From the NCBI RefSeq assembly GCF_009914755.1, contig NC_060928.1: a DNA stretch of 64,000 nt; one strand, given 5' to 3'. Under the pieces are notes generated by a model. It worked only from the letters and a program-made list of their open reading frames with translations. It had not been told where the DNA came from and made no database searches. Positions within the stretch are counted from its first letter, which is position 1. Each line of letters begins with the position of its first letter. Positions 14,411 through 28,941 of the stretch are shown piece by piece. The position numbers and the translations under genes were made by a program. Source of the stretch: the human T2T-CHM13v2.0 reference genome, Homo sapiens.

Positions 14411-16372
14411 CATTTTCTTTTTATTTAATTAGTTAGAATGAGGTTAGAGACTTCCATGTGAAAATCAAGTTTTGCTAAGTAGCTCTTACCAATATGGATC
14501 TTTGAATCACAAAAGAGTGCCCCATTCCCACCCCAGCCCTGAATTTATTGTAAAAATATTCAATTTGAGTGGTAGAATTAGAAAAAAGGGCATTTTGTTT
14601 TCTTCTGGAACAATTGCTTGGCTAGCATCATGGGTTTTTATTTTTCCCTGATCTCCTATCCTCCATCTTGTCAACCTCCCACACAAGTTAATTTGATTTA
14701 GATTTTTATGCATAGAGATCTGACTAGTAAGGGTATATTTATTTAAGCCAAATTTAGTTGTTATATATAGGAAGACTGATCTGTAGATGTGTGGCACTTG
14801 TTTATAAATGCTGATGGATTCTCTTTTCAGAGTTCAGACCTTTATTAATCTGCAGAAGCATTCTCAGTAAATATATGTAATTGGTAAAATTGCGATTTCC
14901 TATGACAATGGATTTATTTTCATAGATTTTTAAGGGTAAATTTTGGCTCGTAGCTAGTGGCATTACTACCTACTGAAAAGTGACCCCACCTGTTAGGAGT
15001 ATGGTTGATACAGAGGGGAAAGATGCTGCTATCAAATAGATATTTGCAAGTAGTTGACCTACTCATTTTAGTTTTGCATTAATAGTTCTAAGAATGGACA
15101 CCTGAGTTTTAATCCAGAGACCTCTGGCAAATTGCTTAACTTCTCAGGGTCTATGCAACAGGTAAATAAATAGTTGTCACTTCAGAAGGTCCTTGAGAGG
15201 AGTAAATGAATATATTAATATGTAAATTGCTTACAGCAGGGCCTGGAACGTAATTATTATTATTGTTTTATTCAGAAGTTCACTTATACTTTCTAAAAAA
15301 TGAAAACTTGCCCTTGCTAGTGCCTTCAAATAATCAGATATTAAAACCCATCATTCACTACCGAAGTTTTGTTTTCATTTTTATTTTGCAGCGGTGGGAA
15401 GAATGAAGTGGTTAACTGAATGCCAAGTAAAATAAATAATAATAGATTGTGCTACCCTGGAGGCTAACAAAAAAATAAAATAATAAAACTGAATTGTCAC
15501 TTCTAAATTAGAAATTAAATGCACATTGCATCTGCTTATTTGTATTTCCCACTTTTGATTTATAACCATGTTTTAGCATCAAAGAAATAAAGGTAATATA
15601 TTTCTTCTCCCTACCTTAGATAATGACATAAGCAAACACTGCCTTCACTTTTCTTCTAAGTCCTGTCCTCTCCCTTCAGAAGCTTAGAGAACACTATTCC
15701 AATTCAGACAGCTCTTCTAAATAACCAGTTATGTAGTGGAGCAGGGATGTGGCTCAGAACCGTTTTTAACAAAAGTTTTCTCAGAGCATGTATTGTCTTT
15801 CCCAGGAGGTTGGTCACTGAGGCAGAAGAAACTTCAAAATAAATCACCTGCCATCCCATTAATATTCAGGCTTCTAAACATATTTTGCTTTTATATTTTT
15901 AAAGAAAAAATGCAAATGAAAAAAATCTAAGTGATGTTTCACTGCAATTAATGATTTATATAAATTAAAGCTACTAGGGCAAAACACTCATACTCATTCA
16001 CTGTAGTTTATTAATGTCAATAAATATAATTTGACTCATATGCATAAAATAGTCTGTATTGCCCCAAAGCTTTGCTGTTCTGAAGGATTATAAAATCATT
16101 GGTTGTAAATATTAACCAGCTCCTAATATAATCTGACATCTACTTATGAAATTTGCAAAAACAGTTAATAATGTTAGCTATGCAAGTTAACAAATCAGTG
16201 TAACCAAATAACAAACTATTTTTATTTTGAACAAGCATTATACTGATATGAATGCAAATATAAGTATTCAATGACATAGGTAAATTTTTATTTTGAGAAT
16301 TACTGTTATATTTATGTCTAGTATGTCTATAATTTTGTTCTTTATATTCTGTGTAAATGAGGCAACAGCGTT

Positions 16373-16463
16373 CTGTGTGTGTGTATATATATATACACAA
16401 AGGATATATATATACAAAGAATATGTGTATATATATGTGTGTATATATATATACACAAAGAAC

Positions 16464-16496
<33 letters not shown>

Positions 16497-16522
16497 CATA
16501 CATACACAAAGGATATATATGT
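16373..16522. repeat. Compound (TG)n(TA)n-ACAAAG(G/A)A higher-order repeat
   Basis: Four units each ending acaaagga or acaaagaa. Confidence 0.9.
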
Positions 16523-19500
16523 ACATGTTATTGATAGAAACAATCAGAAAAGGAACAATAAAATAAAGAAGCCTGTGTTAGGAAAATCAGTTTAATAACA
16601 CAAAGGCAAAATAGGCTCAGATTTTTTAAGTGAGATGCTGAGTCAGATAATTAAACAAGGCTGTTAATATCCAGGTTTTTAACCCAAGGAAGCCAAATAA
16701 TTTTCAGAGTTAAGTCTCCATTCAAGTGGCAAAATGAAATATATGAAATATTGATGTCCATCAATCCAGGGCAAAGGTCCTTGGCTATAAATCGTTGGCA
16801 GGATCTGAAAAAGAAAAAAAAAAAATCTTCTTATTGCTTACTCAGCACGTCCTTCTTATGCATTGTGTTCAACTTTGTCTCTGATATGACTCATCCAAGT
16901 AATCCAGTCTCTCACAGCCAACTAAACAATAATAAACAGTTTGTATTTATTATTATTGTTAACCTAAAGCTCTCATAGATCCTTTTAAAAAGAGAGGTTT
17001 TAAAAATTGTATTTAATTTCCTCACGTTTTTTGATTTATTACGTTATTACCTCACATATTATGAGCAGTATTTCTTACCTCTATTGTGAATCAAACAAGC
17101 TTCAGTGAGCTACCTTGATAAATTCTAAATATAAGTGCTATAGAATATTTCCACTTAGCTCTAAAATATTACTATTTGTTTCATGTAAGTTGTTGAGGAT
17201 GTAATTTTTAAAAATTCCTATTTTTAGAGCTAAGTGTGAAGATTCCAACTTAGGAGTTGCTGGTGTTCTTTTCTCTGATAGAACACAATATGCCTCCTTG
17301 TATTTGTTGATAAATTTGGTGTTTCTCCTTTAGTGTGTGTGTAGTCATTTGCATATTGTACTCTGTTCATTATTTATTATCCATTTTCTTTATATCCATA
17401 AAGACACTGAGTTTCTTGGTAGTCAAAGTAACTTGTCCAAGATCACATGACTATTAAAGGCAACATCTAGATGCCAAACAAGGTCTTTCAGACCACAAAG
17501 CCCTATACAGGATAACAAAAACATTCATTCTTTTCATATAATGACAATTTTTCATGAAGTTGAAGATTAGAATATAGATATAGTCATTTGAAGGAAGTAT
17601 TTCAAAGTGACCTTTATTTTTATCACCTAATATGGAAAATAGATATTCTTAACAGTGAAGTTATTCACGTCTTTATTTCTAAAATTCCTTCCTGTACTAT
17701 TCATTTGCTTCCATTTTATTTTGTTCTAAGCACAGTTTTTTTAGAGTGGATTCTTCCTATCCGTGTAAGGAAAAAAATGCTTGAAAAAACTGAATATATG
17801 AGGATATAGATTGGCAAGCCACATATTACTTTTACAAAACTATTTTTGATATAGAATATGTTGAATTATTATATATTATTGTCCAATTGTAGGGCTTAGA
17901 TTGTAAGAAGAATTTCATTGTCATTCTTCTTTCCTGGAAGCTTTCAAAGTATTTTATTTGTAGAATATTTTTTATTTTAATTTAAAATTTTTATATTTCA
18001 GTACGAGGATGAATATTTTGGTGAGGGCAAAGATTATGTTAGAAAAACAGGTAAAGAGCTTTTCCCTATAATCTTGTAGTAATAAAAAAGATATAGCTTT
18101 TCCCAGATCTTTGTGCTCCTGAATTTGATATTTTTTGAAGCTGTGCCCATTTCTGTCAGGACAATACAGTAATGCCTGGAATAAGTAGAATATATATTTC
18201 AGTTGAAATTTCAGTGATAATATTATAAATTAAAATTTTTATTATTGTATTGCTAATTCTGGTTTTAACAAAAACTATGATATGTTTTATAATTCAAAAT
18301 TTTAAAACAAATAAAACTTGAACTGTGTCTCTCATCTGGAAAAATGTTCCTGCTAATATTGTAAACATAAAGGTTGTGATGATATAGATACCATATATAA
18401 TATTCAAAGTTAATTCTAACAGAGTCATCATTGGTTCAAATTATTTTTCTAAGAAATAGGCTGTATTAATTTCTGTCTGCTATTGTGAGGTAAATGGGAG
18501 TTAATTCAATTACCTAAAAAATTAAAATGTGAAAGGAGGATATATGTTTAGCAAAGAGAAAAAGGCCTCATTGGAAAGAAAGTACTTAAATTGTAACAAC
18601 CAATAATTGGGTAGTATTTGATTAAATTAGCTCCTGTTGAATTGCATACAAAGGCTAGCACTTTATATAGCTCAGCTTTATATACTACATGCCATTTAAA
18701 AGTTTAATTGTTTATGTGATAGCTTCTCCTATGATTTTTTATAATAAGCTTTCTTCATAATTTGTCATAACAAGGAATGTGGCCGCTTCAGAATGTAAGA
18801 CAAGTCAGCTACCACATTCATAGAAGGTAATTTACAACCCTGGAAAATCACTGGAGAATTACGAAAGATTTGAGAGGATATATAGATAGAAGGAAGATAG
18901 TCAATCTTGATTTAGAAAAATAGAAACAATATGTTTCCTGAATCAGCCTCAGTCTAAATAGAACAGAGCTGATTATGATCATAGTATAAAATAAGCCTTC
19001 TGTAACATTATCAAAAATCTCTTTATTCACGGATACCTTATTTGAATTCATGTCTATTTTGTTCAGACACACTTTTCAAATATAGCTTCCAATTTAAAAG
19101 ATCAAATTTTAGTCACGACAGACCTTCTGCATGTAAGATTATATAATTTGCACAATATTAAAAATACACCAATACTGGGCAGTGAGTTATACTAAATGTC
19201 ATATTTTTTTCACTTTGGTAAATTATTTTGTCTTTATTAATAATATGTTCATTTGTTCTGCATTTTGTTTTATTTCAGCACAAATTCACAAGCAATGTGT
19301 GAGTAACAGATAAATATAGCTATAGGATTGACTACATACCATTAGCAGACTATCAAATAATCTGATTTAGAGGAAATGAATTGAGTTGCTACTGTGTGAA
19401 TGACAAAGATAAATATTTTTTGCTAAGTGCCTTTGATTTACTAAAAAGAACTGTGGTTTACTGCTATTTTGCCTGTGGTTAAGGAAAATTGCCCCAGGAT

Positions 19501-20004
19501 TTTCAGACTCAGTATTCTTTGAGTACTATGCAAAAGAATTCAAAATGTTCAAGTTAAAAGAACACAGAAATACATGGCTTTGACTACAAAAGATGAGCTT
19601 TAGAGATTAATAAATTACTAATAAGAGTCCCTCACTTCTGCAAACCAACCACTTTGCTTTGAAGCAGATTCACCAACAATTCTGAGTTTCAATCCTACCA
19701 CTGTTGGCTTAAGCAGTTGGAAAACCTAAAATCTCTAAAGAGCTTTGGTTTCTAGCTAATTATATGAATAATGTCATTGAATATCTAATGACAGTAGTTT
19801 TCTCATTTGCAATATGATAGTGTTGTGTTGCATAATATGGAAAAATATTAAATATAAAACCTTAAAACTTCAAAAATTATAGTTCAGATTTTAGATTAAA
19901 CAGGGAGTTTTTAAAAACAAAATAATAATGATCACACCTATAAGAAAAAGATAGATAAGATCATTTTCTCAACATTGAAACTGTACTCATAACACATAAG
20001 CCAT

Positions 20005-20465
20005 TGGGAGAAAGTGTAAACAACATATATAAAAAACAAAATGCTAGTGCCCATGTTGTATAAAGAATGTCTACAAATTAATAAATGAAATTCAACTGCC
20101 CAATAGAAATGTGGGCCAAAGATAAGAACAGGCAACTCACAAAAAAGAAACCCTTATAGCGAATAAACATATGAAAAATTACCTACCTTTATAGTAATAA
20201 GAAATGCAGAGTATAACAGTGATATGAAATACCATTTCATACTCTGATTGGCAAAAATGTCAGTCTGACAATGCTAAATCCTAGCAAGAATTTGAGAGAA
20301 TAAGTGCACTGTTCATGGGAAAGTGAATTGTATAAACAGGTTTGACAGCATTTAGGCAATATGTTACTTCAATAAATTGAAAATGTGCACAAGATATGAC
20401 CCAGCAATTTGACTTTTAAGTATTTGCTGTGGAAAAGCTCATATGTCTGGACAAGAAGACACATA
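20005..20465 (+). mobile_element. Old L1M (L1ME-like) ORF2 3' fragment
   Basis: ctacaaattaataa...gaaatgcaga...ataccatttcatac...tatgacccagcaatt L1 ORF2 C-terminal signatures. Confidence 0.7.
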
Positions 20466-22974
20466 TGTAGCCAATTAATACAAAATAAGAGCAATTGAAG
20501 AGGTAACTTCTAGGTTTCCCAACTCTGAATCTTCGGATTTGTATGTTAAAACAGAGGCAACACCTCTGAAATCAGACTATGTCATTTTATATTGAACTAA
20601 CAATAACTTAATCTGTACTTTAGAGAAAATATGTCATTGAAATCCATACTAATGGATTCCCAGTGAATGAATTAGCTATTAAAAGAAGCTGAAGTATCTC
20701 CAAACCATTTGAATGAAATTTAATAGGCAGGTTGATTAAAATTTAATAGCAAACTTGTTGGCTATTAAAAGTGCACAGTGTGATAAATCAAGATGTCAGC
20801 TCTTCAATTTATGACTTTAGAAAAAAATGATGAAAGAGTTCTTAGCGTTCAGTAAAATATTTCTTTTTTGACTCTGTAATGTCATTGTTCAAATTAAAAC
20901 ATTAAAATCTAAAATTATGGTTTCTGTGATTTTAAAACTTATGTAACTTTGAAAGGTGTCATGTAGATTCTATTCGTTGTTTTTTTTAATAAGTGACTTG
21001 GTATTGATTTATATAGTTATTCCTGTTTTATAAAGTAGCCCGACAAAGTTGAACTAATCATTGTTTGTACTTTCTGTAGATTGTTTATGTGTGTTGATAT
21101 TGTTTTGCTACACCAAAAAGCTAAAAATAGGAAACAAAATACTTAAAATAGACAATGCCTATTGAATCTGTTCTCTGTAATTCTGGAAGCCTCTTCTTTT
21201 GTCTATTTACTTTCTTTTTTATTCATTTATTTTATATAATTTAATACAAGAATATGAAAATAAAGTAATTGAATATTATCAAAAAGTATATGGAAAGATT
21301 AATGAACTCCTACAAGGCTCCTAATAAAATTACGTTGAAACATTTTTTGAGGAAGAGGATCTTAAAAAAATTTTGAAAATCACAGATTTAAATATATTTA
21401 AATAAAACTACCAGAGGTCATGTGTGACCTTGAATAAATTATAAATACCTCAGCCTGTGATTCTTTATGTATTAAATAATGGTGGTAGATTAGATGATGT
21501 TAAAAATCTTATTCAGTTATAAATTCTGAATTATAACCTTTCTCCATAATGCAATCTTAAGGTCAATTAGGTGATATAAATATAATATATATTTGGAGTA
21601 CTTCTAATTTATTTTTTTCAGTTTTCTTGTTTATATTATATTTTACTCACTAAGGAAAGAAACTTACCTCTTATTCCTTTATACCAGTTTTTTAATTCTT
21701 TGTAAAGAAAATAAAAGCCATTGGAATCTTTCATCAGAAGGCAGTGCAGACATGTGAATGTGCACAATTTAGTGTACAAACATATACCTAAATCATTTTA
21801 CATGCAGTGTTAAGGATTTCCCAACTTCATAGATCTCATCTCCCTGTGAAAGATCCCTTGCTTTACACTGAAGTTGGTGTTCTAATGCCATAGAAGATAC
21901 AACCATTAGAAAGACTGTTTTTACTTGTTAAAAAATGAAGTCTCCACTGTGGGCCAAAATTAAGGTCTGAAAACAAAAACAGAGAGACATCACTCAATAG
22001 TAACTCTGTTTTATGCAAAACTCTAATTTATATACGTTAATGTATATATTAGAAATGACTTCATAAGAAATGTATGTCAAGACAAAGGAGAGAGAAACAT
22101 GATGGACCGGAATGAAGAACCATCAGAGTAAAACTATTTTATTAGGATAAAGCAAACAGGACATTTGCCATCTTAAATATTTATGAAATAAGAATTTGAA
22201 AATTGAGGCATATTGCTATATGACTGACTATTGATGAATGGTTGTATTCAGTTAGTTCATTACATCACCAAGGTTTTGAATTCTAAAACTTTGGCCATTC
22301 AATATGATCAAACAAGAATGTAAGTGCATTAAAAAAAATAAAGTCTGAGGGCAGAGTAGAGTGGCAATTCAAGTTATTTTAAGAACTTTTCAGTATACTT
22401 TTGTTAGCCTGCTGTCAAGAAGAAGCGTTGTTTGAATTATGTTTCTGAATGATAGATTCAAGTGAGATCCAACTGTCATCCTTTTTCAGATCTGTTTTTT
22501 ACTTTACAGTTTCAAAGCACATCATTCAGCCTTAGATTTCCAGTCCTCAGTTACATATATTACACTGAACCATCCCAGACAGTGCTGTCATTCAGGGCCT
22601 CCCAATGTCAAAACACCTATTCTATTTTCATAAGAAAAGAAATATCACAGTTTTGTGTTAAAACTATACATTAGAGAAGGGTGTGACTCATTATTTCATT
22701 CAAAATTCACTCATTCACAATTTTTGTATCAGTCTAGATCTTCAGGTATAAAGTAAAAAAGAAGAGAACTTTCTTAAAATGACTATGATTTTAACTGAAT
22801 CTATTTCAGTGGCTTTAGGATCTGACTTTCTTCTAAATATGTGGTAAAGAAACTTCTCCAATTTTTTCAATATGGAATACGAAAATCGGTTTTGCTTTGT
22901 ATCTCACTTTCATCAGAAATAAAAATTTTGTGCTTGGCCTTTTATTGACAACCATGGTAATGATTCACATATAT

Positions 22975-23288
22975 TGTTTTTCTTTATTATTTATTCATTT
23001 ATTGAGACAGGGTCTTGCTCTGTCGCCCAGGCTGGAATGCAGTGGTGTGATCTCAACTAACTGCAACCTCTGCCTCCCAGGCTCAGGTGATCCTCCTGCC
23101 TCAGCCTCCTGAGTAGCTGGTACTACAGGCACACTCCGCCACGCCTGGCCAATTTTTTTGTATTTTAGTAGAGACAGGATTTCACCATGCTGGCCAGGCT
23201 GATATCGAGCTCCTGATCTCAAGTAATCCACCCACTTCAGCCTCCCAAAGTGCTGGGATTACAGGTGTGAGACACTATGCCATGCTTG
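22975..23288 (-). mobile_element. Alu (J/S type), full length
   Basis: gagacagggtcttgctctgtcgcccaggctgg...cccaaagtgctgggattacaggtgtgag. Confidence 0.96.
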
Positions 23289-26200
23289 ATACACATATGT
23301 TGTAATTGAATCTTAAATAATTTTCCATGGCTTTATTAAAGGGCTAATTCTTGTTTCTGACAGCAAATAAGCAAGCATGACCAGACCGTAGCCAGGAGTT
23401 TGTGAGTTAAATAATTAAGGAGCTGTCATTTTCACATAACCACTTTATTTTTAACCCCAATTTGGGCTTTTTACTTTGAGTTATGGCAAGTAGTGAGTTG
23501 TTTTTTGTTTTGTTTTCTGTTGTTATCCGCAGTTAGTATTCAGGTAGCCTTTTGTATTTCCAAATAATATATGATTGATTGTTTATTTCTGCTTTTAAAG
23601 TTTAGATAGTAGAGTACCTGGTACAGGATTAGAAGGAAATAAATTACATTAGGAGCTGGACAATTGACACTCTTAAAAAATTTACTAAAATTATAAGACT
23701 ACTCATAATGGATAAAATAACTTTGATTTAATGTTATGTTTTCAAGATGCCATCAATTTCACGTACATTTTTCATTACTTAAACAAATATTTTTTGAGTT
23801 CTAGGGACTATTTAGACACTTGGTGTAGAGCAGTGAAAACCCCTGTGTATTTCTTTTTCATGATGCCTCCCTTCCAGGAAAAATTAGCACATGAACATTC
23901 TTTTCACATATGTAATATTGTAACTATCTCGTCCTCCCTGAGCCCCCAAAATTCACCATCGTATGTATGTCTTCAAACTGACTAACCGGTAAGCCCAACT
24001 TTTCAGCTGAAAAACAGTGACAGATGGTCTGTAAACACTGAACTTCTTGGAAGTCTTCAACAATTTCGCAGCTATTAGAAGGGAAGTTTACAAATCAGAA
24101 GCTGGTTGGAAGGAAGAGGAAGAGACAGGGCAGACAGAATCCTGGAAGACAGTATTAGAATTAAAAGTGACTTAAGTCACCTGGGGAGACAGCCAAAAGC
24201 AAACAGAATAGACTTCAGCTAAGGCAAGAGAAATGCAGTGCAGCTACAGAGAAAAGACAAAAGTAACTTTGCACATAAAAGGGGGAAGAAGACAGCTTCT
24301 GTGCAAGATTTTAGTTAAAAGATCTAGGCATTGGCAGCAAGCTAGGTTTTGTTTTCAGCACAGTCAGTGCTACCATTCTACCTAGTGAATGTGGACTGTA
24401 GGAACTATGAGATAGTAGTACCTTCTAGGAAAATTGTACTTGTTTGGTAGAGCGATAGGAAGTATGTCCTCTTGAGGTCACTCCAAGTCCTGAATAGTCA
24501 TGGAAAAGTATTTAATTCTTACATTAGGTGGTTCAAATGAGGGATAATTGTTTGATTACTCAGACATATCCCTTACTCTTTCATACTAACAAACCCACAG
24601 AGCTGGTCTGTGTTTTATACACTTTGCAAAACACTAATCATCAAATTCCATTTCTTTCTTTTTTGTTTCTGTTGCTGAAGACCTCATTTGAATTATAACC
24701 CTCCATTTGTAGAGTTAATTTCAGAAACAATAATTACATTGATTTCAAATGGTGCATGAGGCATGAAAGTGAGTGCTAGACAGTAAAGAAGCAAGTGATT
24801 TTTAAGTAGCGATTAGTTTCTTTTCTCAGGAAAAGGTCCTTAATAACAACGGTAAGGAGGGACATGCATTTTCCTTAAGAGTTTTATATTAATTTTTATA
24901 AGTGTTTATATGGTTTCAGTGTAACCAGCAAATAGATCTCCAATTATGACTGCATGACACTCATTATAGCTACAGATCAATAACTGATTCTGTATTGCAT
25001 TGAGATGTGAAGAAGCAACCTACCAAAGCCACATGGCTGAGACTAAATATTGTTCCATGTAGCCACCATTGTGTCATACACTTAGCTATATAGTATTTCT
25101 GCCATTGTTGCTGGATTTTCCAGCTTTGCAGAAATGACGGAACAATAAAATGAACTTTAGAACTAACTGTCTTCTCAGATTAATAGTTTCACTGATCAAA
25201 GTACTTTTAAAATACATTAAAAATTAGAAAACACCTACACAAAAACTGAAAAGGAAACTTATGCCAGGATAGATATAACCACATAGATTATTTTTAAAAT
25301 CTTTGATAGTTTCATTAGAATTCCAATATGAAACTCCTCTTTTTTTGAATGATTAATCCTTTTTTGTTCTTGTATTCTTGGCTTTTCAATAAACTGAATG
25401 ATAAACACAGAAACCAGAAAGTTGAGTCATCTGCTTCTTCCTTGCGTTTGATTCTTCCCAGTCAACTGTTCCTTATTCAAAAGTGCATTTTTCTTTTTTC
25501 AAATTATCTTCTTTTAGATCAATATAGAAAAAAATATATATGTATTTAAGACAAAGAAATATTTTACTTTTGAAGCTATATGAAGCAAGGAAGAAGAGTG
25601 GCGTGCAATCTCCTTACCTTATTATTTGTTTTCCAATTAGTTCAAATTAGATAATGTATAGCAATGAAGGGAAATACGGAGAGATGCAGCTGTAAGCCTT
25701 AGCCATAAACATTTTGCTCTTTTTTTAATCTTTGAGGGAGTGTAAAGAATTTGGGCAATTATGTTTTTTAAGATTTTTACACTAGTTCATTTTAACTTAT
25801 ACCTTTCATTTTCTATTTAAATGCTTATTTAGAATGATTTTAGAAATTATTTGTATGAAAAAACTAATTTTACTTTTTTACTTGAAAAAGATCTAGAATA
25901 ATAAATATAAGATGGGAAGTACAATTTACAGATAATTTGGTTTTCTAATACGCTATGCAGACTAAATCCTCTTATTAATCTTAAATTTGTAGAACATCAA
26001 CAATATAAATGTTTAAGATGTACAATTTTTCATTTTTTTGTCCAAAAGGCACCATGATGAACTCTTTTTTTTCTCATAAAATACCATATATTTGATTCAT
26101 TAATGGAAAATAATACCCTTATAGGCCCATTACACAATAGATTGAAAATCTGCCATTGCACTATGTAAGAACATTTAGATGTATATGTTTTATATCTTCA

Positions 26201-26539
26201 GAAAGCAAATATTGAACACTTAGAAAGTGAAAAATTCTGTGACAGTTCTATGCTAATTCTTTGCAGGAAATACAGGATGCAATCACATGAGTTATTTCCT
26301 GAATGAACTGGTGCCTTCCAACTCTAGAGATCTGACAAGTGATAATGTCCTTTAAATCAAGAGGTGTTCATTTTTTCAATGTTGAGGTTAAGACATTTGT
26401 TAGTTGACTGATAATTTACTCTGACAAAGAGTTATAATTTAGAAAAGATTGAAAATACTATTACCCACACTTCCCTTCTCATTTTTAACATTTTTTAGGA
26501 GTGGCATTTTTTTTGTTTCATTAATTTAATATGGATTGC

Positions 26540-26580
26540 TAAAGTGCTGAGATTACAAGTGTGAGCCACTGTGCCCTGCC
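26540..26580 (-). mobile_element. Alu 5'-end fragment
   Basis: aaagtgctgagattacaagtgtgagccactgtgccctgcc. Confidence 0.8.
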
Positions 26581-26589
26581 TAGATTACT

Positions 26590-27750
26590 TTTCGTTTTGA
26601 GATAATTGTAGATTCACATGCTGTTGTAGGAAATAATACCGAGAAATATTGTATCACTTATCCAGTTTCCCTCATATCTTGTGAAACTATACTGCAATAT
26701 CACACCAGAATATTAATATTGACACAATCCACCACTCTTGTTCAGATTTCTTTAGTTTAACCTGTAGTTAATTGTATTTGTATGTATGTGTTTAGTTCTA
26801 TGCAATTTTACCCACAAAGTAAGTTCATGTTTACACCATCATAGTGAAGATACAGAGTAGATAATTTTATCACCACAAGGATGCGTCATGTTGTCCTTTC
26901 ATGACAATACTCACTTACCTCCATCCTCCATCTTTCACCCCTGGCAACCACTTATCTGTTCTCCATTTCTATTATTTTGTCATTTCAAGAACATTACACG
27001 TATAAATGGAATTACACAGTATGTAAACTTTTGGGATTGACTTTTCTTATTCAGTATAATTCTCTAAAGATTTATCCAAGTTTTTATGTGTATCAGTAGT
27101 TTGTTCCTTTTGTTTGTTGACTAGTACTTCATGGTATGGGAATACTACAGATTGTTTGACCACTCACCAGTTGAAGGAAATTTGGGTTGTTTCCAGTTTG
27201 GAGCTACTACAAATAAAGTTGCAATGAGCATTCATGTACAGGTTTTTGTGTGAATGTAAATTTCCATTTCTCTGGGATAAATGTTCAATAATGCAGTTGC
27301 TGGGTGTCATAGTAATTGCACAAGTAGTTTTATAAGAAACTGCCAAACTGTTTTCCAGAGCGGCTGTGCTATTTTACATTCCTACCAATGATGTATGAAT
27401 AATCATTTCTCTGCATTCTTGCCATCGTTTAATGTTTTTCACCATTTTTATTTTAGATATGTAGTAATGTCTCATTGGGGTTTTAACCTGTATTTCTCTA
27501 AGGCCAATAACAATTTGTTTCATAAGATTATTTGCCACTTGTATATCCTCTTCCATGAAATATCTGTTTATGCTTTTGAACCATTTTCTAATTGAAGAGT
27601 TTGTTGTTGCTATTAGTTTTTTTAATGTTGACTTTTGAGACTTCTTTTTGCATGCTCGATACTAGTTCTTTTTTGGATTACAAATATTTGTGAATTTGTT
27701 TTACAAATCTGTCTCTCAGCCTATAGCTTGTGTTTTCATCCTCTAATACA
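26590..27750 (-). mobile_element. Old L1M (L1MC/MD-like) 3' end
   Basis: ttgagataattgtagattcacatg 3' end, cccctggcaaccact motif, minus-strand ORF2 remnant REIQVKTPMRHY. Confidence 0.85.
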
Positions 27751-28812
27751 TATATTTAAATGAACATATACCTGTCAGTTCAACATGACTATTCTCATGC
27801 AATTTGTATTTTGCTTTCCTTTGTGACTTTTTCTTTCTTTATTCATCTAACACAAATACACAATTCTGTCTATTATTTTCATAAATGTCCTAAGTATATT
27901 AATAAAACTTCTCCTCTGATCTTTGCTTCTTGGTTAAATGGCTTTGGAGGATGGAAAGTTGCAACTCATGCTGATGGTGTTAGAAACTAAGAACAAAAAG
28001 TATTCACAAAAGGGTGAAAGAATTTAACATTGTTTCATTGCTATGTCAAATTCCAAACAACCAGTTGGAAAATGGAAAACGGAAAATGGAATTATATATG
28101 TGTATATTGCTTGACATCATAAAGTTAATAATTTATTTAAAATATTTAAAAATAGCATCTATATGTTTTTTATCAGATTTGTAAGATCACCAAATTAGTA
28201 TGCTTACCATGGTGTACTAATGAGTGATTATATTTTATTTTATTTCATCTTAAATGATTCCTCTTCATAGAATTTCAGAAATGTCAAATTCTGTTGTGTC
28301 AACAACTGCTCTCCAAATGAGTGTTTTATCATAAATGTTGCCTTTTATCCTTTTTTACTTTCATTGGAAACAACCCAATGGTTTCTGTGAATGAGGGAAT
28401 GTTTTGTTTAATTTTTGCTTTTTTGTGTGTGTTTTAAACTTTTTTTTGGCTTTTGTTTTGTGTTTTGTGTTTTGTTTGTATGAATGATTAGATTTTGCTT
28501 TTTTTCACTTTAATTTTAATTTTTAGCAAGCATGGGAATATATTCTTGCATACACCTTGGGAAAGATAAAACCTTAAATGTAGCTTAATCAACATTGTAA
28601 ATCATTTTCTTTCTTTCCCATTGACTCAGATATGTGCATTGTTGGAAATGTGTGCTCTAAGTGGCATATTTTTTTAGTCTAGTTAGCTGCCTGCCTGTAA
28701 TCAGGACTGTATCAATTGTTGTCATTCTAAATGTTTCCTTTCTTTTTTTCAAACACATTTGCCTGATTGACCTTTTTTTTTTTTTCTCTGTCTTTCTATG
28801 GGGCTGCTCCAG

Positions 28813-28941
28813 GAGCCATGGCTAATCATCTTATAAGCAATGCTCTGCTTCGTCCGCATGGTACTAACAATCCCTATAATACATTGCTTGGGGAACCGGC
28901 GGTCTGTAACAACCCTTCTGTCAGCATGTACAACGCACAAG
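28813..28941 (+). CDS. ADGRL3: ADGRL3 cassette exon (129 nt, phase 1-1): (G)[42 protein letters not shown]
   Basis: Poly-T tract then ctccag|GA acceptor; AAG|gtgtgc donor; latrophilin-family NPYNTL motif; frame-preserving. Confidence 0.93.

Noticed and set aside
16140-16595. Four ORFs rich in Y/I/C/V/T/H
   Set aside because: Translations of the dinucleotide repeat
18002-18050. 49-nt exon-like unit (tttcag|...CAG|gtaaag) with an early stop
   Set aside because: A-interrupted tract, no flanking regulatory motifs noticed; typical pseudo-exon
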